This document shows positions 17,060-25,840 of a stretch of DNA of 37,582 nt, piece by piece; within the stretch, counting starts at the first letter, position 1; every line of letters starts with the position of its first letter. This DNA is from Patescibacteria group bacterium (GTDB taxonomy: Bacteria; Patescibacteriota; Minisyncoccia; UBA6257; 02-FULL-45-10c), in contig JAMCXE010000037.1 of the NCBI GenBank assembly GCA_023474975.1, positions 1 through 37,582 of the forward strand, given 5' to 3'. The notes beneath the pieces were generated by a model. That model was given only the letters and a program-made list of their open reading frames with translations. It did no database searches and had not been told where the DNA came from. Made by a program: the position numbers and the translations under genes.

Positions 17060-18058
17060 ATGGATATAAAAAAATTACAAAAATTATTCAAAGACCAGCC
17101 AAAATACCGGCTAGAGCAAACGCAGAAAAGCCTTTTTCAGGGTCTTATTAATAATTGGCAGGAAGCTATGGGATTACCGTTAAATTTAAGAAAAGAACTG
17201 GAAGAAAAATTTCCAATAGAAATATCCGGCAGAACATTCATTTCAAAAGACAAAAACACAATAAAAGCCCTTATTGACCTAGAAGATGGATCTGCGGTCG
17301 AGGCTGTTTTAATGCGACACAAAGATACGAGAAATACCGTGTGCGTTTCTTCGCAGGTCGGCTGCCCAATGGCCTGCTCATTTTGCGCTACCGGAAGAAT
17401 GGGGTTCAAAAGAAATCTTGAAGTCTGGGAGATCCTCGAGCAGATATTATTTTTTGCCCGTTACCTGAAAAAGATCAACGAAAAAATCACCAACGTTGTT
17501 TTTATGGGCATGGGGGAACCATTTATGAACTATCAAAATGTGATGGCTGCCATAAAAATATTAAATGATAAGAACGGATTTAATCTTGGCGCCCGGCACA
17601 TTTCCGTGTCTACGGTTGGAGTAGTTGAGGGAATAGAAAGATTTGCAAATGAAGAACTGCAAATAAATTTAGCCATCTCTCTTCATGCGCCGGACAACAA
17701 AACCCGCTCGGAAATAATGCCGGCCAACAGAAACTATCCAATAGAAAAAATTTTAAAAGCAGTAGATGAATACGTCAAAAAAACCAACCGCCGCGTAATG
17801 TTCGAGTACCTGATGCTCAAGGGCGTAAATGATTCCGATGAACACGCCAAGGCGTTGATCAAGCTTATGAAAAAGCCGCTTTATTTTGTAAATTTGATCG
17901 CCTACAATCCAACCGGAATATATAATCCCTCTCCTGCTTCACGAATAAAAAAATTCAAAGAAATTTTGGAAAGTGCCGGCATAACCGTTACCCAAAGACG
18001 AGAATTCGGACAAGACATCGAAGGAGCTTGCGGACAGCTGGCGACCCTGCCCCGTTAA
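17060..18058 (+). CDS. rlmN: Radical-SAM 23S rRNA (adenine2503-C2) / tRNA methyltransferase RlmN.
   Basis: 332 aa. CPMACSFCATG radical-SAM cluster, GMGEPFMNY, and the C-terminal catalytic Cys in IEGACGQL. Confidence 0.93.
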   Translation: MDIKKLQKLFKDQPKYRLEQTQKSLFQGLINNWQEAMGLPLNLRKELEEKFPIEISGRTFISKDKNTIKALIDLEDGSAVEAVLMRHKDTRNTVCVSSQVGCPMACSFCATGRMGFKRNLEVWEILEQILFFARYLKKINEKITNVVFMGMGEPFMNYQNVMAAIKILNDKNGFNLGARHISVSTVGVVEGIERFANEELQINLAISLHAPDNKTRSEIMPANRNYPIEKILKAVDEYVKKTNRRVMFEYLMLKGVNDSDEHAKALIKLMKKPLYFVNLIAYNPTGIYNPSPASRIKKFKEILESAGITVTQRREFGQDIEGACGQLATLPR

Positions 18059-18105
18059 ATTCCGTCTTACGGAAATCCGCCTCGCATTGCGAGGCGGATT
18101 ATTTA
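18059..18105 (+). terminator. Two tandem hairpins after rlmN. The second has a weak T tract.
   Basis: attccgt-ctt-acggaat, then atccgcctcg-cattg-cgaggcggat followed by tatttaa. Confidence 0.6.
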
Positions 18106-18146
18106 ACTGGGGTAAGAATTAAATTTTGTTTGCTCCGAATTATAAA

Positions 18147-18173
18147 TTAGCAGTCTCTTGACAAGAGTGCTAA
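18147..18173. promoter_or_regulatory. CIRCE operator (HrcA binding site).
   Basis: TTAGCAGTC-N9-GAGTGCTAA compared with the consensus TTAGCACTC-N9-GAGTGCTAA gives 17/18 arm positions. It lies 25 nt upstream of hrcA. Confidence 0.9.
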
Positions 18174-18187
18174 TACTCCCTTAAAAT
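18158..18187 (+). promoter_or_regulatory. Candidate sigma-70-type promoter of the hrcA operon, overlapping CIRCE.
   Basis: -35 TTGACA (18158-18163), 18-nt spacer, -10 TAAAAT (18182-18187). Confidence 0.5.
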
Positions 18188-18197
18188 TGAGGGTATC

Positions 18198-18905
18198 ATG
18201 TTCGACGACAGATCATACAAAATATTGGAGGCCGCAATCAAAGAATTCATAAACGAAGGCGAGCCGGTCAGCTCAAAACAGATCGCCGCAAAATACGATT
18301 TCGGCGTCAAGGACGCAACTATCCGTTCCGAACTTAACGCTCTGACCGAGTCGGGCTTTTTAAGCCAACCCCACACTTCCGGCGGAAGGATCCCGACCGA
18401 TAAGGGTTATCAGTTCTTAGCAAACCGCGTAATGCAAGATATGTTCGAGTCTATGGATAGCTTTCACCGGAATTTCAATAGGATGATGGACATAATGGGA
18501 AATAAGGGGTGGTCAAATTTCGTAGACAAAGTATCGCAAGAAACGAAGCTATTGAGCGCGGGTTTCAGTAATAAAGAGCAAGAAACCTACAAAACCGGAT
18601 TGGATGAACTCTTCGAACAACTAGAAACCAACAGCCGAGAAGATTTCTGCCAGATCGCCAAAGATTTTGAAATGCTAGACGAAAAACTGGAAAAACTTCC
18701 GCAAGTGATAGAAAAGTCCGATTCCCCGCAGGTGTTCATTGGCAAGAAAAGCCCGATCACACAAAGCGAGCATTTATCTGTAATAATTGATTCGTATGAT
18801 ATAAATGGCAATAAATTCTACCTTGCGCTGATCGGACCAAAAAGAATGGATTACGCAAAAAATATCAATTATTTAAATAAAATAAAACATGGAAGAAGAA
18901 AATAA
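18198..18905 (+). CDS. hrcA: Heat-inducible transcription repressor HrcA, short form.
   Basis: The N-terminal winged helix is RSYKILEAAIKEFINEGEPVSSKQIAAKYDFGVKDATIRSELNALTESGFLSQPHTSGGRIPTDKGY. It sits next to CIRCE, grpE and dnaK. It is 235 aa against a canonical length of about 340. Confidence 0.85.
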   Translation: MFDDRSYKILEAAIKEFINEGEPVSSKQIAAKYDFGVKDATIRSELNALTESGFLSQPHTSGGRIPTDKGYQFLANRVMQDMFESMDSFHRNFNRMMDIMGNKGWSNFVDKVSQETKLLSAGFSNKEQETYKTGLDELFEQLETNSREDFCQIAKDFEMLDEKLEKLPQVIEKSDSPQVFIGKKSPITQSEHLSVIIDSYDINGNKFYLALIGPKRMDYAKNINYLNKIKHGRRK

Positions 18906-19401
18906 AAATACAATAAATAACCAAGTGAGCGAACCTGAGCCGGAAAAAGTAAGGCTTGATCCGCTAGAAGAAAAGATCGCCAAACTTGAAAAAGAAAAAG
19001 AAGAATATCTGAACGGATGGAAAAGAGCAAAAGCAGATTACCTGAATATGCAAAAAGATGAAGCAAAGAGGATGCAGGAAATGATCAAATTCGCAAACCA
19101 GGAACTTATTAAAGAACTGCTCCCCGTCTTAGATAGCTTAGAGCTTTCTCTGATGGCAACCAAAGACCCAGAAGCAAAAAAAGGAATAGAAGTAATTTAC
19201 AGCCAACTTGAAAATATTTTAAATAAACAGGGACTGCAAAAAATGAAAGCTTTTGGAGAAAAATTTGATCCCGCACGTCACGAAGCGATGATGCAAGAAG
19301 AATCGGATAAAGAAAGCGGAACAATTCTTGAAGAAATGGTCAGCGGATGGATATTGAATGGGAAAGTTATAAGACCGGCAAAAGTAAAAATATCTAAATA
19401 A
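18889..19401 (+). CDS. grpE: Nucleotide exchange factor GrpE.
   Basis: 170 aa. RAKADYLNMQKD, LLPVLDSLELSL, FDPARHEAM and VIRPAKVKISK. It overlaps the hrcA 3' end by 17 nt. Confidence 0.9.
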   Translation: MEEENKNTINNQVSEPEPEKVRLDPLEEKIAKLEKEKEEYLNGWKRAKADYLNMQKDEAKRMQEMIKFANQELIKELLPVLDSLELSLMATKDPEAKKGIEVIYSQLENILNKQGLQKMKAFGEKFDPARHEAMMQEESDKESGTILEEMVSGWILNGKVIRPAKVKISK

Positions 19402-19473
19402 AAAAATAAGTCATAATAAAATAATTAATCAAACTGTAGTCTAATCAATAAAATTACAGTTTCACTACATAAT

Positions 19474-21336
19474 ATGAGTAAAATAATCGGAATAGATCTT
19501 GGAACAACTAATTCGGCCGTAGCCGTTGTCGAGGGTGGGCAGCCAAAAATATTAGAAAACGCCGAAGGAGCGCGCACTACCCCTTCCATCGTTGCTTTAA
19601 ATAAATCTAATGAAAGATTGATCGGATTATTAGCAAAGAGACAGGCCGTCACCAATCCCAAAAATACAATTTTTTCGGTCAAAAGACTGATCGGAAGAAA
19701 GTTTTCGGACACCGAAGTGCAAAACGATAAAAAATGGTTACCTTATGATATCCGCGAATCCTCAAATGGCGGCGTTGATATAAAAATGGGAGACAAGTGG
19801 TATAAACCGGAAGAGATATCTGCAATGGTTTTAGCCAAATTAAAAGCCGATGCCGAAGCGAAACTCGGAGAACCGGTCACCGAAGCCATAATCACCGTCC
19901 CCGCTTATTTCGACGATAGCCAAAGACAAGCAACAAAAAATGCGGGAGAAATAGCCGGATTAACGGTAAAGAGGATAATAAATGAGCCAACCGCTGCCGC
20001 TTTAGCCTATGGAATGAATAAAAAAACCAATGAGCAGATAGTTGTTTACGATTTCGGCGGAGGAACTTTTGATATTTCCGTTTTGGAGGTATCGAATGAT
20101 ACGGTCGAGGTCAAAGCCACAGGCGGAGACACTCATCTCGGTGGCGATGATTTCGATAAAAGAATTCAAGAATATTTAGTTTCCGAATATAAAAAACAGG
20201 AGGGTATCGATCTATCCAAAGACGCTTTGGCGTTACAAAGATTGAAAGAAGCGGCGGAAAAAGCTAAGCACGAACTCTCCACGGCCTTTGAAACAGAAAT
20301 AAATCTTCCCTATATTACATCTGATTCATCCGGTCCAAAGCACTTCTTAATGAAATTCTCACGCGCCAAGCTTGAAGAATTAGTAAGAGATCTGATCGAC
20401 AAATCCGTAGAACTTACCAAAAAAACAGTAAAAGACGCCGGCTTTAAATTGGAAGATATGGATGAGGTGGTAATGGTTGGAGGGCAGACCAGAATGCCCG
20501 CAATAGTGGAGGCTGTCAAAAAAGCTCTCGGAAAGGATCCTCATCAAGGGATCAATCCTGACGAAGTCGTAGCGGCGGGCGCGGCAGTCCAAGGAGGTAT
20601 ACTACAAGGCGATGTTAAAGACGTTTTGCTTCTTGATGTTACTCCCCTATCTCTCGGTATCGAAACAATGGGCGGGGTATTTACCAAAATAATTGAAAAG
20701 AACACTACCGTACCAACGGCAAAATCCCAAACCTTTTCTACTGCGGCCGACAGCCAGACATCTGTTGAAATCCATGTTCTTCAAGGAGAAAGAGAAATGG
20801 CGGCCAACAATAAAACTCTAGCCAAATTCATCTTAGATGGCATTCCCCCAGCTCCAAGGGGCGTACCACAGATCGAAGTTAATTTCGATATAGACGCCAA
20901 TGGTATTTTGAGCGTGTCGGCAAAAGACAAGGCCACAAATAAGAGTCAGTCGGTAAAGATAGAAGCCAGCACCAATCTCTCAAAAGAGCAGATCGAAAAA
21001 TTAAAGAACGAGGCCGCTCAATATGCGGAAGAAGACAAAAAGAAAAAAGATCTGGCCGAAGCTCACAATCATGCAGAAACTCTAATATACACGGCCGAAA
21101 AATCGGTTAAAGAAGCCGGCGAAAAAGTTAGTCAAGAAATAAAAGATAACGTAAACAAAAAGATCGAAGCATTAAAAGAGCTAAAAACAAGTCAAGATGC
21201 CGAAGTTGTTAAAAAAGCAACCGAGGAACTATCCGAAGAATTACAGAAGATCGGACAAGCCATGTACGGAAATCAAAATAATTCCGAACAGCCCAAAAAT
21301 GATAGCAACCAGACCAATGGCGATAAGCAGCAATAA
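19474..21336 (+). CDS. dnaK: Molecular chaperone DnaK (Hsp70).
   Basis: [32 protein letters not shown] and the substrate-binding domain [15 protein letters not shown]. Confidence 0.98.
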   Translation: MSKIIGIDLGTTNSAVAVVEGGQPKILENAEGARTTPSIVALNKSNERLIGLLAKRQAVTNPKNTIFSVKRLIGRKFSDTEVQNDKKWLPYDIRESSNGGVDIKMGDKWYKPEEISAMVLAKLKADAEAKLGEPVTEAIITVPAYFDDSQRQATKNAGEIAGLTVKRIINEPTAAALAYGMNKKTNEQIVVYDFGGGTFDISVLEVSNDTVEVKATGGDTHLGGDDFDKRIQEYLVSEYKKQEGIDLSKDALALQRLKEAAEKAKHELSTAFETEINLPYITSDSSGPKHFLMKFSRAKLEELVRDLIDKSVELTKKTVKDAGFKLEDMDEVVMVGGQTRMPAIVEAVKKALGKDPHQGINPDEVVAAGAAVQGGILQGDVKDVLLLDVTPLSLGIETMGGVFTKIIEKNTTVPTAKSQTFSTAADSQTSVEIHVLQGEREMAANNKTLAKFILDGIPPAPRGVPQIEVNFDIDANGILSVSAKDKATNKSQSVKIEASTNLSKEQIEKLKNEAAQYAEEDKKKKDLAEAHNHAETLIYTAEKSVKEAGEKVSQEIKDNVNKKIEALKELKTSQDAEVVKKATEELSEELQKIGQAMYGNQNNSEQPKNDSNQTNGDKQQ

Positions 21337-21349
21337 TTCAGAAAATTTA

Positions 21350-21358
21350 TGATATAAT
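21350..21358 (+). promoter_or_regulatory. Extended -10 promoter element (TGnTATAAT) upstream of the membrane ORF.
   Basis: tGATATAAT lies 32 nt before the ATG at 21390. The same 11-mer tatgatataat recurs at 25801. Confidence 0.5.
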
Positions 21359-21389
21359 TCATATAACTTAAATATCGATCGTAAATTAA

Positions 21390-22406
21390 ATGGATTCCAA
21401 TCTTTTGGCAAAAAACGACGCTGCTGAAGTTGATACTTCTATCCCGAAAATCTCTGTTTTGGTTTTTTTAGAAATAGGCTTTGCTGTAAGTTTTGGATAT
21501 TTTACGAGCAAATTTGTTAAAGCTCCCGGCGCCGGCACATTCACACTAGCCGGCGCTTCGGCGCTACTGTTCATGATCCTGTTCTTCCTAAGATCGCTTT
21601 TCGTCAAAGGAAAAAGTCTCAATCTTTTTATTATCTTGGGAGATGTAATAGCCCTGTCGTTATTTTTCATAATAAACAGCTATACATTTACAATGATAGT
21701 GGCTGCGGCCATTGCTTATCTGGCGCTTTACTCGGCCCTAAAAAAAAGCAAGAACGAACTATCGAACCAGTTAAATATCAAAACCGGAAAGATAGCGAGG
21801 ATATCAATTCCAAAAATTGCGTCAGCTTTAGCCGTCCTCATCTCCGTGGTCTATGCGCAGCCATTTTATCCTGCCAACAACATAGTTATTTCCAAAAACA
21901 TTATTAGCACAATAATCACTCCGTCTGAAACGCTATTAAAAATAGCGGATAATTATTTGCATCTCGGCTTAGGAGATTTTTCGGTCAATAAAACCCTTCC
22001 GGAAATAGCAGACCAAATGGCTTCATCGAGCATTGAACAACTTGCAGTACAAAACAACATCCCCGTCTCAGCCCTAGAATCACAAAGAAAGACGCTAACC
22101 AACTCAACTCTTCAAATGCTCGAAAAACAGTCAGAAAATATCGGAATTCAAATAAAAACCAACGAAACTGTTTTAGACGGAATATACAATTTTGTAAACA
22201 CTAAACTGCAGTCTCTGGATACAACCGTAAAATGGGTAGTGTATCTATCCTTATTCCTAGTAATATTCTTAACCATAAAAAGCTTGTTCTGGCTATTTTA
22301 TTGGCTAGCATATTTGTTCATCTTCTTATTTTATGAAATATTGATGGCGCTTGGATTTTCAAAAACAACCTATCAACAGATAAGCAAAGAAATAATTATT
22401 TTATAG
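21390..22406 (+). CDS. Polytopic membrane protein of unknown function, located between dnaK and dnaJ.
   Basis: 338-aa ORF with several hydrophobic segments at both ends and a polar middle. I recognise no family. Confidence 0.6.
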   Translation: MDSNLLAKNDAAEVDTSIPKISVLVFLEIGFAVSFGYFTSKFVKAPGAGTFTLAGASALLFMILFFLRSLFVKGKSLNLFIILGDVIALSLFFIINSYTFTMIVAAAIAYLALYSALKKSKNELSNQLNIKTGKIARISIPKIASALAVLISVVYAQPFYPANNIVISKNIISTIITPSETLLKIADNYLHLGLGDFSVNKTLPEIADQMASSSIEQLAVQNNIPVSALESQRKTLTNSTLQMLEKQSENIGIQIKTNETVLDGIYNFVNTKLQSLDTTVKWVVYLSLFLVIFLTIKSLFWLFYWLAYLFIFLFYEILMALGFSKTTYQQISKEIIIL

Positions 22407-22490
22407 TGTGCGTGCGGCGCAACATAGAACATAATACAAATCTACGAATATATACGAATGCCGCAAATAAAGAACTAAAGATCGGTAATT

Positions 22491-22537
22491 CGTATCATTC
22501 GCATCCGTCTACGAATTTGTAGATCGGCATTATATAT
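22491..22537 (+). repeat. Intergenic repeat module, copy 1, ending directly at the dnaJ ATG.
   Basis: cgtatcattcgcatccgtctacgaatttgtagatcggcattatatat matches copy 2 (23511-23557) at 45/47 positions. Confidence 0.9.
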
Positions 22538-23479
22538 ATGAAAAAAGATTACTACCAAATACTAGGAGTTAATAAAACCGCGAACCAGGACGAAATAAAA
22601 ACAGCCTACAGAAAACTCGCCCATAAATATCATCCCGATAAACCTGGCGGCGATGAAAAAAAATTCAAAGAAATAAACGAGGCTTATCAGGTTTTGTCCA
22701 ACCCCGAAAAACGTAAACAATTCGATCAATTCGGAGACGCCTTTAATAATGCCGGAAACGGATATGCATATGGGGGAAACTATGGTGCCGGACAAAATCC
22801 GTTCGGCGGGTTCGGATTCGACTTCAGTGGATTCAATGGCGGAAATGCCCAAGAATTTGATTTCGGAGAGTTCGGAGACCTTGGAGATATCTTGGAAACT
22901 ATGTTCACCGGAAGAAGGACTAGACGACCGAGAAAAGGCGCTAGCTTAGAATTTGTCCAAGAAATATCTTTAGAAGAAGCTTTTGGGGGCACAAATAAAA
23001 AAATAAGTTACCATATTTCTTCTGGTAAAAAAGATATTGATATTAATATCGCCCCAGGGATAAATGATGGGCAAATGATAAAGATACCGGGCGCCGGAGA
23101 AGTTGGGGAAAAAGGTGCCGAATCGGGAGATCTATACGTAAGAATAAAGATCGCGCCCCACCCTGTTTTCCGCAGGATCGGCAATGATCTTTTAGTAAAA
23201 AAAGAGGTTTCTCTTATCGATATACTGCTAAATAAAAAAATAGAGATCCCTATTATTACCGGCGGAAAGATCAACATTGAAATACCGACGGGCTTTACCC
23301 TTCAAGAAAAACTAGTAATACCAAATGAAGGTATGCCCAAACAAGACGGTTCCGTAAGTTTGCTAAGAGGTGGAAGGGGCCGGGGAAATTTACTTGTAGA
23401 ATTCATCACCAAGACTCCAAAAAAATTCAGTTCAAGAGTAAAAAAAATATTAGAAGATCTAGAAAAAGAAATTACATAA
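22538..23479 (+). CDS. dnaJ: J-domain co-chaperone, DnaJ class B / CbpA-like, with no zinc-finger domain.
   Basis: J domain DYYQILGV...[12 protein letters not shown], a G/F-rich linker and the C-terminal beta-domains. No CxxCxGxG repeats are present. Confidence 0.9.
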   Translation: MKKDYYQILGVNKTANQDEIKTAYRKLAHKYHPDKPGGDEKKFKEINEAYQVLSNPEKRKQFDQFGDAFNNAGNGYAYGGNYGAGQNPFGGFGFDFSGFNGGNAQEFDFGEFGDLGDILETMFTGRRTRRPRKGASLEFVQEISLEEAFGGTNKKISYHISSGKKDIDINIAPGINDGQMIKIPGAGEVGEKGAESGDLYVRIKIAPHPVFRRIGNDLLVKKEVSLIDILLNKKIEIPIITGGKINIEIPTGFTLQEKLVIPNEGMPKQDGSVSLLRGGRGRGNLLVEFITKTPKKFSSRVKKILEDLEKEIT

Positions 23480-23510
23480 TACGGATCTGCGAATCTATGC
23501 GAATGCTGCT

Positions 23511-23557
23511 CGTATCATTCGCATCCGTCTACGAATTTGTAGATTAGCATTATATAT
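23511..23557 (+). repeat. Intergenic repeat module, copy 2, ending 2 nt before the SGNH hydrolase ATG.
   Basis: cgtatcattcgcatccgtctacgaatttgtagattagcattatatat. Confidence 0.9.
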
Positions 23558-23559
23558 CT

Positions 23560-24174
23560 ATGAGAAAATTACATTTTTATTCAATAATCGCGATTGCCAT
23601 ATTTGCCGCGATATTGATCTGGTATCCCCGACCCAAATACGACAAGTCCAAAATCGTTGTAGCATTTGGCGACAGCATAACCAGCGGATATTGCCTAGTT
23701 CCACCCCAAAAAGATTATGTTGTATATCTTTCAGATTACACCAATATTCCAATTATTAACGCAGGAAAAAGAGGCGATAATACTGCCGATGCACTAATAA
23801 GACTTCAAAGCGACGTACTAAGCAAACAACCCAATATTGTCATAGTGTTTTTAGGAGCTAATGATTTTCTCGAGGGCTATTCAAGCGAGGTTGTAACCGA
23901 AAATTTAACGGCGATCGTAGAGGCGATACAAAAATCCGGCGCTAAAGTTATTCTGGTAGGAGGAGACTCTCAGGTCACGTCCGATTTTGAAATAGCCGAA
24001 CAAAATGTGGCAACCAAAGAAAAAGTTTTCGCTTTCATTCCAAATGTGCTCAATGGAATTCTTTTTAGAAAAGACCTCGTATGTCCCGACGGCTTACATC
24101 CCAATGAAAAAGGACATGAAATAATCGCCAAAAAAATCCTTCCGGCACTGCAAAGAGCTTTAAGCGAAAAATAA
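23560..24174 (+). CDS. SGNH/GDSL-family hydrolase (arylesterase / lysophospholipase-like) with an N-terminal signal anchor.
   Basis: Block I FGDSITSG, block III GANDF, block V DGLHPNEKGH. Confidence 0.85.
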   Translation: MRKLHFYSIIAIAIFAAILIWYPRPKYDKSKIVVAFGDSITSGYCLVPPQKDYVVYLSDYTNIPIINAGKRGDNTADALIRLQSDVLSKQPNIVIVFLGANDFLEGYSSEVVTENLTAIVEAIQKSGAKVILVGGDSQVTSDFEIAEQNVATKEKVFAFIPNVLNGILFRKDLVCPDGLHPNEKGHEIIAKKILPALQRALSEK

Positions 24175-24203
24175 AAAAACACCCGAACCGAGGTGTTTTT
24201 TTT
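24175..24203. terminator. Bidirectional intrinsic terminator between the SGNH gene and the convergent cax gene.
   Basis: aaaaacacc-cgaaccga-ggtgttttt followed by a T run. Confidence 0.75.
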
Positions 24204-24219
24204 ATTTCCATTTACATTA

Positions 24220-25269
24220 TTATGGATGAAAGAAAAAAGCTACGGCTATAATCGCATAAGCCATTAAAAGCTGCACACCCTCAAGCCAGTTACTTTCGCC
24301 GTCGCTAACAACCAAATTAACTATTAATATCGAAAGCAATATAGCCGCCAGTTCAAATACATTAAATACCAAACTCATTTGGGTTTTAAAGAATAAACTT
24401 ACCAAAACCAAAAACGGGGCCACGAACATAGCGATTTGAGTGGCAGAACCGATAGAAACCTGCAGGGACAAGTCCATTCTATTTTTCATAGCCGTAATAA
24501 TTGCCGAGGTATGTTCGGCGGCATTACCTATGATCGCTATAAAAATAACACCTATGAAAAGCTCGGTCCAGCCAAAACTAGCAACGACCGGTTCGATCGA
24601 GCTGACCAATATCTCACTCATCCACGCCACCGCCAAAGTAGAAAAAAGTAAAATAAAAATACTTTTTACCCTACTCCATTTTGCTTCGTATTTTCCGACG
24701 TCTTCCGTATATAAATGCTTGTGAGTATATAAAGTAAAAAACAGACTCGCCCCATAAACAATGAGCATAAAAATAGAAACAAAAATGCTCAACTCGTCGA
24801 TTATTTTAACGCCAATGTCCGGAGCCGTTTGTAAGAATATGGCAGGAACGACCAATGCGATTACAGCTAAAAGCAAAGTCGAACTTGCCGCCAAAGATCC
24901 CGTACGATTAAATTCTTGCTTTTTGTGACGCCAACCGCCAACGAGCATAGCGGTGCCGGTGACCAACAAAAGATTCCCGATAATAGAGCCGGTAATCGAT
25001 GCCTTAACAACATCAACCAGTCCCGCCCTAATGGCAAAAATACCGATCAAAAGCTCCGTGGCATTACCGAACGTTGCATTTAAAAAACCACCCCAAGCCG
25101 GCCCAGTATAAATAGACAACTCCTCGGTCGCTTCGCCTATATATTTAGCCAACGGAACTATTGCTAAAGCCGCCAAGAAAAAAACCATTAAAGAAGATGC
25201 GTGCAAGTATCTCAAAAAAAGAGTGACGGGAATAAAGATCAGTAGCCCTAAAAATATTTTATCCACCAT
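24220..25269 (-). CDS. cax: Ca2+/H+ exchanger (CaCA family, ChaA/CAX-like).
   Basis: 349 aa and polytopic. The paired alpha-repeat motifs are GNATELLIGIFAI and GNAAEHTSAIITA. Confidence 0.88.
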   Translation of the reverse strand: MVDKIFLGLLIFIPVTLFLRYLHASSLMVFFLAALAIVPLAKYIGEATEELSIYTGPAWGGFLNATFGNATELLIGIFAIRAGLVDVVKASITGSIIGNLLLVTGTAMLVGGWRHKKQEFNRTGSLAASSTLLLAVIALVVPAIFLQTAPDIGVKIIDELSIFVSIFMLIVYGASLFFTLYTHKHLYTEDVGKYEAKWSRVKSIFILLFSTLAVAWMSEILVSSIEPVVASFGWTELFIGVIFIAIIGNAAEHTSAIITAMKNRMDLSLQVSIGSATQIAMFVAPFLVLVSLFFKTQMSLVFNVFELAAILLSILIVNLVVSDGESNWLEGVQLLMAYAIIAVAFFFHP

Positions 25270-25501
25270 GATAGTTGACTTAATTTATTTATATTTCTAA
25301 AAGAAGCGGGTTATATTTATAAATATTGGCCAGCCATACATAATAGTCAATAAAAAAACATTCGGCTTCTTATTATCGTGCCCCCGCACGGAACCCCGGC
25401 ACTACAGCTAGGCTGAGTGCGTAGCACAGTCAGACATATGGTCAACCTGCTTACGATTGTCGTCGAACAAAAAATAAAAATGGATTTAGTTCCGCGCATT
25501 G

Positions 25502-25572
25502 TGCCCCCACATGGAATCGGACCATGGTCAACTGCTTAAAAGGCAGCTGCTTTACCATTAAGCTATGGGGGC
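25502..25572 (-). tRNA. tRNA-Lys (anticodon UUU), 71 nt, with no encoded CCA.
   Basis: Hand-folded cloverleaf: GCCCCCA TA GCTT AATGGTA AAGC A GCTGC CTTTTAA GCAGT TGAC CATGG TCCGATT CCATG TGGGGGC A. All stems pair. The T-loop reads TCCGA rather than TTCGA, which puts C at position 55. Confidence 0.85.
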
Positions 25573-25802
25573 ACAATGCGTACAACTCTTCCAATCTATT
25601 TTTATTTTTAACGAGCGAACCAACCGGTAAGCGCAGCTTACTAAAACTGCTCGCTTTAACATTAAGCTGTGCGGGCCAGACACTAACCCAAAATACCGCA
25701 CACCCACCACACAATATCTTACTTTAAACGAAAAAATAAAAAAAATCAATTTTATTCCACATTTAGCCGATCACGGACAATTCCCATTATCCGATATTTA
25801 TA

Positions 25803-25811
25803 TGATATAAT
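25803..25811 (+). promoter_or_regulatory. Extended -10 promoter element (TGaTATAAT) upstream of the CorA-like gene.
   Basis: tatGATATAAT lies 30 nt before the ATG at 25841. Confidence 0.5.
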
Positions 25812-25840
25812 TACGCTATACCAATTAATATTCGATCAAA

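Noticed and set aside
19431-19462. The inverted repeat aaactgta-N16-tacagttt upstream of dnaK, considered as a second CIRCE or a grpE terminator.
   Set aside because: It has no similarity to the CIRCE arms. It is only 8 bp of AT-rich stem with a 16-nt loop and no T tract. It is too weak to call.
22505-22525. TCTAC-GAATTT-GTAGAT within the intergenic module resembles the Cas12a crRNA repeat hairpin (UCUAC-loop-GUAGAU).
   Set aside because: These are single copies about 1 kb apart, each abutting a start codon. There is no repeat-spacer periodicity and no cas gene in the window. The 5' AAUUU handle is missing and the loop is 6 nt. I treat it as coincidence.
25378-25470. The segment downstream of tRNA-Lys, considered as a tmRNA, SRP RNA or cation riboswitch (yybP-ykoY-like) leader of cax. 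The cues were TTCGACG, a GGAA loop and TTGACCATA.
   Set aside because: The order and spacing of the motifs do not match any of these RNAs as I recall them. There is no GGGG 5' acceptor next to TTCGACG. There is no AGCA/GGAA domain IV helix. The GGGGAGUAG-type box is absent and the order is wrong. The matching strings are the ones shared with the adjacent tRNA-Lys, so they are tRNA-derived.
25451-25749. ORFs 25451..25714 (-), 25524..25727 (+) and 25558..25749 (-).
   Set aside because: They overlap the tRNA-Lys gene and the tRNA-like fragments. Their translations are Cys/Arg-rich nonsense, and the region is better explained as RNA or non-coding sequence.
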